Origin: Lytechinus pictus | Lineage: Eukaryota | Assembly (NCBI RefSeq): GCF_037042905.1 | Contig: NC_087245.1 | Span: 8,372,001 to 8,432,000 of the forward strand | Direction of reading: 5' to 3' | DNA: 60,000 bases | Notes under the pieces: model-generated | Told to the model about the DNA's origin: nothing | Seen by the model: the letters and a program-made list of their open reading frames with translations, nothing else | Database searches by the model: none | Shown here: piece after piece, positions 23,701 to 34,592 of the stretch | How the letters are laid out: each line of letters opens with the position of its first letter | Numbering within the stretch: the stretch's first letter is position 1 | Translations under genes and position numbers: made by a program

Positions 23701-25854
23701 AAGTAATATCTAATTATGCGTTAAAAAATCGGAGGGGACATTTTGGAAGTGGTCCCCCTTTTCGGTTAATACATGTAGCCACAAACAAATCAAATTCTTA
23801 GGAGCTTTTGGGAGTTTCGTTTTTTTTAAATCGCATTGCAATAATGAATTCTGATTGGTAAAACAATGCATAATGATTGCAACGATAGGGATATGCTGCC
23901 TTGAAATTGGATAAAACGAAATGAGACAGTAATTTTGGCACTAAAATGCTAGATATGGTCAATTTTGGGAAGTAAAGATGTATTTCAATACTTTTTCTCA
24001 CCTTTTGCAGGTTGCCCAAATAGTAGCCTACCATCTAGTATGCCATCGTACATTTAAGATTATTATAGACGTATTTTAGTTCATGATGCAGACACTTTTT
24101 AAAAGTATACTCTGATAGGAACACAACCCATAGTCTCTACCCATCACTCTAGAGAGTGGCCTTTCCAAACCATGCAATAACTGTCATCTCCAGTGAAATC
24201 TACCACACAGATCCTGTTTCATGAAAGGGATTTCGCGACGCCACGGGACCCTTTGGCGCCTTTTTTAAAGGCATTTAGTGTGGAGAGTGTTAATGGGGAT
24301 GAGATGACCACCTATCCATAGCAAAACCTAAATAAAAATGGCAATTGAAATTTACTAACATATTCAAGTGTATGCGTAAGCAAGAATGTTGCACACAGTG
24401 CACCTTGCCAAAGGCATGACAGAAACAACTAGTGATGGTTATAAAAAAAAATCACATGCTAGGTTTACAGAAGAAGCATCCATGAATTTGAATCACTCTA
24501 GTGATTAGGCCGATATCTATCAATACTAGAATAAATGTGGTATTTATATTATACTTAAATCTAAAAATCTCCTACGTAGGCTTATGATAAAGTAACAATT
24601 AAATATTTCATATTACGAATGCAGGTGCATTTTCATAACTGGTTGCATACATGTCCCTGGTAGCATGAACGTGCAAATATTATTTAGCCTTAGGCCCTCC
24701 GTCTAGTTAGTTGCTACATTGTACAGCGATACGCACCATGCTTCTGAACAATGATTTTATGAAAATACACATTTGTATGAAATTCACAACTGATTGATAT
24801 ATACCACAGACATGTTCGTTTTGTGCCGTGGCCTTGAAATTAAAATACTTTATAATTACATCAGTGACGTCATTATACTTGGTTGCTTTTACAACATGAT
24901 GAACGCTTAAAAAACAGATAAAGAAATCCACTTCTACTACTACTACTACTACGTCTACTACTACTACTACTACTACTACTACTAATACTATTACTACTAC
25001 TACTACTTCTACTACTACTATTACTACTACTACTACTTCTACTACTACTATTACTACTTCTACTACTTCTACTACTACTATTACTATTACTACTACTACT
25101 ACTACTACTCTTTGACACAAAATTGCATTATACGGTATTCAATATTACTATTTCATATTTGAGAGCAAATATGTATAACGATAAATCCATACAGTGGTTA
25201 CCATTGGTAATACCACAGGCATGAAATGAACAAAATAATCATGATTATAACATAAATACAGCAATAATGATAACGACGACGATGATGTTGATAGTAATAA
25301 TAAAAACAAAATAGATATAACACCACTACTTATGACAATAATAACGAAGATAATGATAATAACAACAACAATAATAATAATAATAATAATAATTGTAATA
25401 TTAAAAACCATGATGATAATATTGCAAATAAATGAAATTATAACTATAGAGAAAACATGGAGACCAAAACAGACCAACCTAAAAGTAAAAGAATAAAATG
25501 ATTCAAAGGTAAAAAATATAATAATCACATTTTCATACGTCATGACGATGGTTATAGTCACCCGATATTAGTAATTCGATGCCCTATTAATTCTAAATAC
25601 TATTTTGGGTTCGTCACTTGGTTCTAATGAATAATTTTATGAACAATGTAATGTAGGTCTATACCATTGTTTTAAACAAAACTGCACATACAGGCAATCA
25701 AAACAACTCTTCAATAAGTAATAATGCTGTATGAATATAATTGAAATACCTGCAAATACATTTGATAGACAGTAATCACACAAAATTAAATTTATGATTT
25801 TCTTTCAATATCACCATACGAACTTACCGGTTTACGGGCCGGAGACCCACTCAT
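525..25854 (-). CDS. Gene A (3'-incomplete): type II transmembrane SEA-domain mucin-like protein; may continue into TTSP-like or other domains beyond the window start
   Basis: Manual exon chain with GT-AG junctions and consistent phases: 25828-25854, 13715-13819, 12648-13083, 12265-12303, 11536-11565, 10681-10790, 8601-8671, 4516-4706, 4098-4133, 3854-3898, 3087-3272, 1833-2018, 525-722. No signal peptide; ~160-aa cytoplasmic N-terminus; TM helix after a CC pair; SEA domain; Thr/Ser/Pro-rich exons. The last exon ends in a phase-1 donor, so the gene continues leftward. Confidence 0.85.
984..1221. mobile_element. hAT-like MITE
   Basis: Termini CAGGGGCGGATCCAGG...CCTGGATCCATCAGTG; 8-bp TSD GCGTTAAC. 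Confidence 0.8.
1833..2018 (-). CDS. Gene A mucin exon, tandem copy 2
   Basis: Acceptor cccttacag, donor G|gtctga; 186 nt; VTTTTDSSISTTTPSQTTPTTTAIQETSTAVVTSNAPITSVNPSQTAPTSATIPVSTTFPSS. Confidence 0.7.
2280..2496. mobile_element. hAT-like MITE (co-duplicated copy)
   Basis: Same termini and same 8-bp TSD GCGTTAAC. Confidence 0.8.
3087..3272 (-). CDS. Gene A mucin exon, tandem copy 3 (alternative in-frame acceptor at 3350)
   Basis: 186 nt, phase 1-1; lies within track ORF 2998..3333. Confidence 0.72.
3854..3898 (-). CDS. Gene A small Thr-rich exon (EIPSTPESITTQEPI)
   Basis: aaacag acceptor, G|gtaaat donor, 45 nt, phase 1-1. Confidence 0.65.
4098..4133 (-). CDS. Gene A small exon (DIIVTTTAQQTS)
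   Basis: tcaacag acceptor, G|gtaaaa donor, 36 nt, phase 1-1. Confidence 0.65.
4516..4706 (-). CDS. Gene A SEA domain C-terminal exon (SGSVVVNFDIRAS...FDITGSEA)
   Basis: Phase 2-1, 191 nt, open frame; contains the GSVVV SEA cleavage motif. Confidence 0.85.
4727..5114. repeat. ~195-bp direct tandem duplication in an intron
   Basis: tcagaggatgatacaatatt...caattactgaattt repeated at 4727 and 4923. Confidence 0.9.
5497..8427. mobile_element. Composite non-autonomous DNA element with internal minisatellite
   Basis: Ends CAGCGGCGGATCCAG / CTGGATCCGCCTATG, both flanked by TTTAT; internal GCTCGCGCTTCGCGCTCGC repeats at ~7170, 7379, 7488 and 7611; boundaries uncertain. Confidence 0.5.
5815..6710. 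repeat. GC-rich minisatellite, ~41-bp unit built from two ~20-bp AATC(A/G)GCGCC subunits
   Basis: Repeating aaatcggcgccggtcaagaataatcagcgcc motif. Confidence 0.9.
8601..8671 (-). CDS. Gene A SEA domain middle exon (METALRDAKTSEVSYEEVIVISF)
   Basis: ctaacag acceptor, AG|gtatgg donor, phase 0-2; links the flanking SEA exons in frame. Confidence 0.8.
10681..10790 (-). CDS. Gene A SEA domain N-terminal exon (LVTTSAVATLDLTYTPSLSDPSTTEYQELEANFTSL)
   Basis: Phase 1-0; the Y...L.DPST.EYQ.L...F pattern is typical of SEA domains; gtaag donor. Confidence 0.82.
11056..11510. repeat. (GAA/GGA/CAA)n purine-rich microsatellite
   Basis: Direct inspection. Confidence 0.95.
11536..11565 (-). CDS. Gene A micro-exon (QTTALPPVQS)
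   Basis: aaacag acceptor, gtaagt donor, 30 nt, phase 1-1. Confidence 0.65.
12265..12303 (-). CDS. Gene A micro-exon (VNKPDNVTTTQLP)
   Basis: tttgcag acceptor, gtgagt donor, 39 nt, phase 1-1. Confidence 0.7.
12648..13083 (-). CDS. Gene A cytoplasmic tail + transmembrane exon
   Basis: 436 nt, phase 0-1; overlaps track ORF 12631..12990; ends SHCCRIFAVVIAILILLIIGAIIYVVFEFV. Confidence 0.88.
13715..13819 (-). CDS. Gene A coding exon 2 (ARLSSSGGHQNAAFEPESDEYMEPVMIDDQQTRTQ)
   Basis: catgtag acceptor, CAG|gtatgt donor, 105 nt, phase 0-0. Confidence 0.75.
14694..14780 (+). mobile_element. Degenerate tRNA-derived SINE head
   Basis: A-box-like gagtggtc and B-box GGTTCGATTCC followed by ggcacta gagcaagg; same family as 20922-21020. 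Confidence 0.5.
16063..16650. mobile_element. Kolobok-like foldback MITE
   Basis: TTAA|AGGAGAATGAAAC...GTTTCATTCCCCT|TTAA with ~200-bp inverted arms. Confidence 0.85.
17419..17476. repeat. Perfect 58-bp palindrome with no spacer
   Basis: cttgtaagcaagcaaacagaggaccgacg|cgtcggtcctctgtttgcttgcttacaag. Confidence 0.95.
17629..18096. mobile_element. Kolobok-like MITE (second family)
   Basis: AGGGGAAATTCACCCTGACA...TGTCAGTGTGAATTTCCCCT|TTAA; the left TSD is degenerate (TTGA). Confidence 0.7.
18225..18578. repeat. 15-bp minisatellite (TTTTACCTYTGCCAT)n, ~23 units
   Basis: Direct inspection; produces spurious 5-aa-repeat ORFs. Confidence 0.95.
19213..19411. mobile_element. PIF/Harbinger-like MITE
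   Basis: TIR TACCTAGTTCTCACTGTC / GACAGTGTGAACGAGGTA; 3-bp TSD TTA. Confidence 0.7.
20922..21020 (-). mobile_element. tRNA-derived SINE head
   Basis: Reverse strand reads GGTGCCGTGGCCGAGTGGTCTAAGG (A box)...GGTTCGATCCCC (B box), then a non-tRNA tail gagcaaggcattta. Confidence 0.7.
21144..21967. mobile_element. Tc1/mariner-like foldback MITE
   Basis: TA|CAGTGCGTCCCA...TGGGACGCACTG|TA with ~365-bp near-perfect inverted arms. Confidence 0.9.
22440..23420. repeat. Dispersed ~190-bp direct duplication (22440-22629 and 23233-23421), possibly decayed LINE sequence
   Basis: tttatcaattgtagtgcaaa...cataactt occurs twice; the minus strand shows an RNIGII-like LINE ORF2 remnant among stops. Confidence 0.7.
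24933..25109. repeat. (TAC)n microsatellite
   Basis: Direct inspection. Confidence 0.95.
25828..25854 (-). CDS. Gene A probable first coding exon (MSGSPARKP)
   Basis: caagATG followed by a strong CCG|gtaagt donor; phase 0 matches exon 2; implies a ~12-kb first intron. Confidence 0.6.
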
Positions 25855-26654
25855 CTTGTAATTGTTTTATTCCCTTTTCACAGTGTCTGAAATGATGATA
25901 GTAGAGTTCACATCAATCAATGGTCACTATTTCGTGTAGTCCCACACAGCAACGATCGCATTTCATAAAAAAACTGAAGCGATCTCTTAATACAACCTGC
26001 ACCCTCCGATCTATGGTCTCTGTCCTCCAAATGAAAAAGGTAGACCTATTTTTTGTGACGCCGCGCCGTATACAGACCCCCGTGACATACGTTCAGGACA
26101 ATTTAGCTCTGTGGACCATGGACTGGAGTTTGCATTGGGTTCATGCATAATATTGTTCCGGCGGAATTTACCACCTTTTATGATTTCGTTAGGCCATACA
26201 AAAAGTTCCGCTAGACTGGTTCTAGATAAATAAAACTGGCTCCACGCGTGAGACGCCAAATCGTTACGACATGCTGTATGGGGTAATAATGTGTACAAGT
26301 CAGTATATGGCGTTTGTGTGATTCAAATCAAGTGATCTATTTGGGATGACGCATCGCAGAAGCATTGAGTATTTGTCATCCGGGTTAAAAACCGGTATTC
26401 CTGAACTTCTTTAAGATATCATGGACAGGTGGTTATTGTCCTTTGCATACCAGGGATGCCATCACATACAGGAAGAGATTATAATCAATAATTCGATTCT
26501 TTCATGAAGACAAATTGCGCCGAAGATGAGAGAATTTCTCATTAATCCCTGCTACTCTGTAAAGAAATTAACATCAATGATGATAATGAACATAGTCGAC
26601 GAGCAATCTTTACACAACTTGTATTCAGTTTTTAACAGACAACAAGAATGTCGC

Positions 26655-26787
26655 CCCTCCTCCTCCTTCTCCTTCTTGTTCTTCTTGATCTTCTTTTTCT
26701 TCTTCTTCTTCTTCTCCTCCTCCTCCTTCTTCTTTCTCTTCCTCTTCTTCTTGTTCTTCTTTTTATTCTCCCCCTTCTCTCTCTCTC
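26655..26787. repeat. (CTT/CCT)n pyrimidine tract upstream of gene A exon 1
   Basis: Direct inspection. Confidence 0.9.
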
Positions 26788-27182
26788 GAACAAAATTACG
26801 CTTTATTCTGTTAGCCACTCACGAATTCCGAATGTAGCGAGAGATGGATATTAACAACTACCCAACGTTGGCATTTTGGCATCTTCAATGAAAATTGCAT
26901 TATTTCATTTGAAACAATAATTATTTACTCGCTCTGTCTTTCAAACAGAAGAAGTTTACTTCGTTCAAGAGCCTCAGCTGTTTATTGACTCATAATAGTC
27001 CTATTTATTTCATTTCCAATTGGATTCAAAGTGTATGGGCATACTTGCAATTCGATGCATTCTACCTGAAATAGCGAATACGTTCAGATGGCGCTCTTAC
27101 TGATGGCTGTCAACTCAACATGAGCCAATGGGGGCACAAGATGGTAATGAATTCTGGTCTCGGATATATTAATTGTTTGAAC

Positions 27183-27209
27183 CATGGACCTATTACAAAT
27201 AGGTCCATG
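27183..27209. mobile_element. 27-bp palindromic micro-insert with a 7-bp TSD
   Basis: TTTGAAC|CATGGACCTATTACAAATAGGTCCATG|TTTGAAC. Confidence 0.75.
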
Positions 27210-28259
27210 TTTGAACATACATCAGAAGTTTTGTGTATTTATATGGGGTCAGATTTCTGCTATAAAAGCAAATACCCTGTGCAAATTTTAACGAGATCTG
27301 ACGAACAATGAGAACATTTTTTATTTTTAAAAATTATAAAAGAGACAATTTTACATATGGGGATTTCAAATTGACAGCAAATGTAATGACATTGCGATAA
27401 AGGATAATGATTAATCCCACATTGTCTATAATACCGGAATGACTAAAACATTTTACTACGAATGTCTTTTCGTTTTAGGAGGACATTTGTCATTAGCCTA
27501 TGCTTCCTATGTTATATTGTGATTATTGTCCCAGTGGAAAAGAAGATCAGAGAAGAAAATAATAAATTCCTGATATGTTTTGCAGATAAACGGTGTAGTA
27601 GTTCCTAACACTTGTCTGACTATACTCCCATTTTCAAACACCCATACTTTCTTCGGCCTATATCTTCAAATTATCCTTTTTACTTATTTTTTCTTTTGAC
27701 TCAAATCATTTTGTAACCAAAGTTGCATTCTGGTTTAGCACGTTTAATGGTGCGGTGTGTGCGACAGTGCATGTGTGGAAAGATGCCTGACGATGTGGGT
27801 ATGTATTGTGCGAGCTGCCTCGTTGTTAAAACCAAATGAAGATTTCTTTAATTTTTGAAATTATTTCATCTATTGAATTAATTAAGAAAAAGATGCCAAA
27901 TAAAGTATGAGTAAAAAAGAAAATGAGTAAATGCGCAAGTTTCAGCATTTATATGAGTGTGTGTGAACGTGGTGAATTGAAGCTTGACTGCATAGGCAGA
28001 AAAGAGGTCCAAGTTAATTCTGACGAAGTGTTTAAGCCAAAGCAGAAAAATCAAAGAAGCGTACGAGTGAAAGTTTGGCAAAAAATTAGTCACAGAATAA
28101 CAGATTCATAGATTTTAAAGGTTTGCCTTATGGCTAAATTCCATAAAATACAATTTTCTCAAAAAATTGAAAGTGATTTTTCGTGTATTACTGCATTCTA
28201 TCATGAGACACATTATTCTGCACCTTCTTTCACAAATCTTTTTTTTCATTCACCATTAA

Positions 28260-28847
28260 AGGAGAATGAAACCCTTGAAACCAGCTGAATCAATATCAAA
28301 GAGAAAAATCAAAGAAACATATTGTTGAAAGTTTGAGGAAGATTGAATGAATGATAAGAAAGTTATGAGCATTTGAATATTGAGATCACTAGTGCCATGT
28401 AGATCCTCCCATCGGCAATGCGACCAAGATCTGTGATGTCACACACGTACAACTCCCTCATTACTTTAGTACTTATTTCACTTATATTCTCACTTTTATA
28501 GAGTCTATCACAAGGTGAGGTGTTCTTAATTATGAGATGACAATTAAGTACAGAGGTTTCACAACATTATATCATTGATGAATTATTTGTCATATGATTA
28601 GAATGAGCAAAAAGAGATGTTTTGGGGTATATTTTCAGTGTCCAAATGGGAGAGTTGTACGTGTGTGACATCACAGATCTTGGTCGCATTGCCAATGGGA
28701 GGATCTCCATAGCATTAGTGATCTCGACATTCAAATGCTCATAACTCTTTTATTGCTAGTCCTATTTTACTCAAAGTTTTGTTGATCTTATTCTTTGATT
28801 TTTCTGCTTTCACAAAAACTAACTTGCTCCAAGAGTTTCATTCTCCT
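28260..28847. mobile_element. Kolobok-like foldback MITE, same family as 16063-16650
   Basis: TTAA|AGGAGAATGAAAC...GTTTCATTCTCCT|TTAA. Confidence 0.85.
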
Positions 28848-28884
28848 TTAACTACTAGAAAATGTAATTTCTCACATGACGCAT

Positions 28885-30105
28885 GGAACCCGTGGCATAG
28901 TGATCTTAAGTGGCAGTGTCATGTAGACTACATGCTCCAACGAGCGAATGGGAGAATGTACATGATCAGGATATTGAGGAGCCACGGTCTTTGTGTGGAT
29001 GATCTGTGCAAAATCTACGTTGGTTACTTGAGACCCCTCCTGGAATATGCGTGCCCTGTGTGGAACGGCGGACTCACGAAACAACAGATTGCTTCCCTAG
29101 AACGAATTCAGAGGAGAACTGTAAGAATTATTCTAGGTCCCCGCTTCACATCATATGACTCTGCACTAGAATCACTTCACTTAAAGTCTCTTGCAGATCG
29201 AAGGAAAGATTTATGTCTTTCCTTTGCACAGAAACTGGAAAAGAATGAAAGACTATCACACCTGATCCCTAAGCCGAAGGGTGTCGGCAGAACCCTAAGA
29301 AACAGTAGGGTCAGGCAACAATTGAGATGTAGGACTCAAAGACTTCGACAAAGTGCCATCCCTTACCTTATCGACTTATTGAATTCTATGTAACTGAAAA
29401 TTCTCATAATTTTTTTTAAGATTTTGATTACTTTGCCTTTAGATAATTACTTTTCCCACACCGAACTGAGCTTAGATTTTTTTTTCTCTCTCTGTCGTTT
29501 AATTTTTTTATGTTCATAACAACTGCATTAACGCACGTTTGCTAATCGTTCTTTATATCAAATAATGTATGTGTTCTCACAAAGTTTTTTTTTATTGCCA
29601 AGCCTTCCGGAATTTAAATACATCTGTTAGCCTTCCTACACAATTATAGCCTTAATTTTCCAGTTACTTTGACCTATAACTACTCACATTGTAACAATAT
29701 GTAAACCAGTGGTAGACTATGAACGAACATCTTTTATTTTTTGATGAGTGTAGTACAAAGCGTCAATGTTTCTCTATGTGCAATACTTAATTTCTTATGA
29801 TGATAATGTGAATAATAAAAGGATAGTAATATGATATTAATAGTAATGATAAAAATATAATAATAAAATCTTAGATTAATTATGATAATGAATCAAATAA
29901 TAAATGGATATAGAATGATTGTATTACAATGATGATTGATTTCGCAATAACGTATGTATGTATTATTTACCTCAGGCATGTGATTATTTTTTTTACGTAA
30001 TTGATTGTGTTTCTAATTCCCGTTTTGCATTATGTTGTAATTTTTATGTATATTGTGTATTTGATTTTTGTTTTGTTCAAATAAACCATTTCTATTCTAT
30101 TCTAT
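28885..30105 (+). mobile_element. 5'-truncated L2/CR1-group LINE (ORF2 C-terminus, 3' UTR, (TTCTA)n tail)
   Basis: SDLKWQCHVD...YLRPLLEYACPVWN...LERIQRRTVRIILG, ending at TAA 29393; AATAAA then ttctattctattcta at ~30080-30105. Confidence 0.85.
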
Positions 30106-30290
30106 ATGACGTCACAAATTAAGGACTTTCAAAACTCAAAACTGTGTCTTAGACGCATTTTTGTCAAATCTTCACCGATATTTTTTTCTGCTCTTATTAA
30201 AACAAACTGATCGTCATGCTGGTGTTTGATTGCTTGCAAATTTGTTTACAGAATCAAAAGTGAAAAAATATGAGCCCATATAGTAACCCA

Positions 30291-30620
30291 CAGTGGCGTA
30301 CCTAGGATTTTCCACAGGGGGGGGGGGGCAAAACCGTCCGCCAAAAAATTTGACAAGCAAAAAAAAAAAAAAAGGTCTTCAATCACAAATAAAGGCATTT
30401 GTACCAGAAAAAAAATTGACAAGCAAAAAAAAAAAAAAAAAAAAAGGTCTTCAAGCTCGTCAGGGGGGACAATAAAGGTCTTCAAGCTCGTCAGGGGGGG
30501 GGGGGGGCAAAAAATGTCTTTCAAGCTCGTCAGGGGGGGGCAGGGATACGTCCTTTGCATGGGTTGTGGCTCGTCAGGGCAGACTGCCCCCCTTCCCCCC
30601 CCCCCGTAGGTACGCTAGTG
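30291..30620. mobile_element. hAT-like MITE
   Basis: CAGTGGCGTACCTAGG...CGTAGGTACGCTAGTG; exact 8-bp TSD GTAACCCA; shares the internal ttgacaagcaaaa...ggtcttca motif with 984-1221. Confidence 0.85.
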
Positions 30621-30705
30621 GTAACCCACCTTACATTTCCTTCCCCATTTTTTCTTACCCATCACGATCATGTGAAATAGACTTCGCTCTTCACTTTCAC
30701 ATATA

Positions 30706-30963
30706 CACTGTAAAAAATATTGGGTAAAATTTTAACCAACACGAGGGTAATTATGACTTGTGTCCAACAAATTTTGGGCAGTATTTTACCCAATGCGGGA
30801 AGCGTATTGTCCAGTAAGGTTAAAAATAAGCTGTAATTATTTTAGAATGGGCAAAATTTTCATCACACTGAATATATTAGAAATGCCCCAAAGAAATGCC
30901 CAATGTTGGTTGGACAAATAATTTCCCTCATGGAGCATTTTTACCCAATATTTTTTTAGAGTG
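30706..30963. mobile_element. MITE with CACTGTAAAAA termini (CMC/EnSpm-like)
   Basis: Inverted ends CACTGTAAAAAATATTGGGTAAAA / TTTTACCCAATATTTTTTTAGAGTG, TA on both flanks. Confidence 0.7.
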
Positions 30964-31180
30964 TAGCTTTATCATTAATTAGTAATATATCGTAAAATTA
31001 TTTCTTAATCTAAGTCACGAATAAAGGTTAAATAGGAATAATCTTTTAATCCCCTATTTACATTTTTTTTGCTTCTATAAACACCTGTATTCAAATGTCC
31101 CCATAGAACTTTTGTGACGGTCACAAATGGTTGCCAGAATAATTGACTCCGTATAGAAAAACCTCTTCTGTTCTCTGTAT

Positions 31181-32119
31181 CAGGGGCGTAGACAACGGGG
31201 GGGGGGGGGGGATGAGGGGGATGCATCCCCCACCTCACAAGGTGGGGGGGGGGGATGGCATGTACAATCATCCCCCCCCCCCAGGTTTTGGGGAATGATA
31301 TTTGGTTACTTAATAAGTCATAATGATGATAATAATAGTAATAATAATAATGATAACAATTATAATATTAATAATAATAATAATTATGATGATGATGATA
31401 ATAATCCTCATCATTATTGTAATTGTGTTTATTGTTATTAGCCGCATTCACACGGTGAAAGCCAATTCAGACGGTAAAAAAAAGAAAATCTTACAAGTAT
31501 TTTGTGGTTATCTTGTGGTTTGGAAACCACAAGATAACCACAAGATTAATCGCGCATATTTTGCAGTGCGCGCAATCTCGTGGTGTGGAAACCAAAAGAT
31601 AACCACGAGTTTTGCGTGTTCAAATGGGGCAAACCACGTGTTATAGGCATTATACATTGTGTGCAAATTGCATCAGCGCAATCTAAAACAGAATAGAAAA
31701 TGAATGTGATACAACAGTATACATAATAATTCGTGACAGAGAGTACCATACTACTATCTTTATAACATATATAATTATGTATAATCATGAATTGTTCAAC
31801 TTCATGCTCCCACTATATGACTATTGTTACACTAATACTGATATCAGGACTGACTGGTATACATTAGTTTGTTGTTAAGCTTGCAGCAGCTACATCTTTT
31901 CTGTATTGTTAACTATTTACTTATTTTTGTTTTATTTAAGATGCACTTTGTTTTGTATTCATTTAAAGTATGTTGATTGATGCATGAAGACATAAGTTTG
32001 AAATGTTTAAAGAAGTTTGTTTCATGTAAAGCGCAGTGTGAATTTACCCTGTCTTGAAATGCGAGATAAAAGGAACCAAGTATTAGCGTTATTATTTGTA
32101 TTAGTATTATTTTTTATTT

Positions 32120-32189
<70 letters not shown>

Positions 32190-33013
32190 TATAAGACTGA
32201 GATCAAATAGAAGTAAATAATGCCCTAATTTGAAACGATGCAATGCCGTTATGGTTCCGATTTCTTCACAAACTTACAAAGCAGTATTGTTACTCCATGG
32301 ATCATAGTGATACTGTTTATGTTTTTTGTATCTGTATGTTAATGAGCCGCCAGCCAATATCCATCTATGGATACTATGCCTGTTTCTTTGAGGTAAAAAA
32401 AAGCATAGTATGTACGTATTCATTATGCTTTATAATGAACAGACATATTGTTATTTGTTTGTTGTTTATGTGTTCTATTCACAAATGGCCACAGAGGCTG
32501 TTTTCATTCATAACCACATACCCATATCAAGACAACAAAGACTATACCTGCGTGTACACAGTTGACATTGTTTTTTTTTTCTGAAGAGGTGTAACAGCAA
32601 AATTCACAGAGATAAATAAATACGTAGTGTGGTTCAATATGCAATGCTATGTGTCAGTCCATTCTGTATTCGTATGCCACGGTGTGTAGATCTTGTCGAT
32701 GTATGTCTGTCCATTCAAGACGTAGTATATGTGTGTGGTGCGCGCACCCGTGTGTGTGTGTGTGTGTGAGGGTGTGTGTGTGTGTGTGTGTGTGCGTGCG
32801 CGCTTGTGTGTGTTATTTTACCTCAGTATGCATCAGATTGCACGATTTCAAGTTCAAAATTGCAAAAGCTCCCTACCGTGGGAGGGGGGACACCCCCCTC
32901 CCACACCCTCCCCCCGCTCGGTCGCTTCGCTCCCTCGCTCGGGCGCTTCGCGCCATCACTAGCGTTGGCAGCCCAGTCATCCCCCCAGGTATACGAACCT
33001 GTCTACGCCACTG
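31181..33013. mobile_element. 1.8-kb hAT-like non-autonomous element
   Basis: CAGGGGCGTAGACA...TGTCTACGCCACTG; exact 8-bp TSD CTCTGTAT; internal microsatellites and no transposase. Confidence 0.8.
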
Positions 33014-34254
33014 CTCTGTATCACTACCTGTTGTCTCTTTTCCTACCAACCTTAGTACACTGACAATTGCCATTCTTATGTAGCATACATTTTTATACGT
33101 TTCTCTATCTTACTATCATATAATTTGCCGCATTTCTTTATTTGCATTTATCGGATTGAGGGAAAATAGACATGTGCCCCAGTTTATCAATAATCAAAGA
33201 GCCACATTAGCAGATCAAAGCGCATTCCCTTTTGCCTGGTTCTCTGTTGATTTTTTATCTGTTTGTCAAAAATCTGGAAGATATCGATCAAATTCAATTT
33301 AATCCTTCAGAAACACATTGGGTGTATACAATTATTGACATGGCCACTATATTGCATTTTGTTACCTATGATTCGGAATTCGTTTACTGGCTGAAATCTT
33401 ATCCTTCATTTAACTTTCATTCTTACGAGCACAAAGGGCGAATTAAAAGAAATATTTTGAGGGGTATCAACTGCTGTCAATAATTACTCGTCAGAAGACG
33501 AGATGTGGAAAACCATCAATAGAAAAGGTGTTCATTAGACCTATTGACCACTAGACATATTGAAAATAAGACGAAGTGTAGTCTAGACCAAAGGCAATTA
33601 GACCAAATGATGATAGACTGTGTTTTACAAGCGAGAGAAGAAAATAAAAAGACGATCTCCCCCTCAAGTAAAACTACACCCCCTAACCGGCTTGTACGTA
33701 CTATAGTAATTTTCATTGCGAGAATATCTTTACTGATGATTCTTACCTTGAACAATGAAATGATAATTGCCAAATCAAATTCGTCCACGAACGAGTCGTT
33801 TTAGCAGGGAGTAGGATCCCTAATTCGCGCGAAAGACGGACCCTTTCCCTTATCCTAAAATTAAAAAGAGAGATTTAAAAGGTGATTGAAAGTCTTTCGA
33901 TATCATGCACACTTTCATATAAAGCAACATGACCTGCTTTCAAAAATAAAGTTTGTCATATAGTGAGGTTCGGGAGATGTTTACTGTATGGGCAATGGGA
34001 CAATCAAGAAAACATGTTGCTTACCGAGAGAAAATGTCTGATTGATGCCTTTCTATTTACATTTTTAATGCTTTTCATCCTCTACTGAGTTTACTCACTA
34101 ATATTTTACCTTTCCGTCATTCCCTCCTCTTCCCATCCTTTTCTTTTGTTTGCCTCTCTGCCGTCTTACGCTATTGCATCCACTTGTCACACACCATCGC
34201 AATGATCATTTCTATTTCTTCACTATTTTGATACCAACTAATCACTACTGGTAT

Positions 34255-34262
34255 TATAAATA
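34255..34262 (+). promoter_or_regulatory. Candidate TATA box for gene B
   Basis: TATAAATA ~330 bp upstream of ATG 34593; weak evidence in an AT-rich background. Confidence 0.25.
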
Positions 34263-34592
34263 GCATCTTATTTCTGCTTGTACTGTATAGAGCTAACACG
34301 CTTCGTTGCCCTCCTTGGGGGTGACTTGTAAAGGGAAACCATACATGTTAATTCCAATTGTATCAATACCAATACCACCGCCCAAGCCGCATCACTTCTG
34401 ACGACGCGCCTGATCTAGATTCTCAACTTTCCACCATTTCTTCAGGTTCAGGTTATGAGCTTATCATGCTTATAGCTTTGCTTTAAGGATCGGAAGTTAC
34501 TTATACTTCCAAGCACAATCTCGCTTTGGATATTAACGTGGATATTTCATAAGGATATTAGTTGGAAAGATAAATCCCTAGCCCGTGGTAAA

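Noticed and set aside
25920..26520. GC-richer stretch with ORFs 25920..26150 and 26011..26298
   Set aside because: No recognisable protein motifs; better explained as the 5' UTR or promoter of gene A
28779..29393. 204-aa ORF as a host gene
   Set aside because: The N-terminus is read through from a MITE arm and the rest is LINE ORF2 C-terminus
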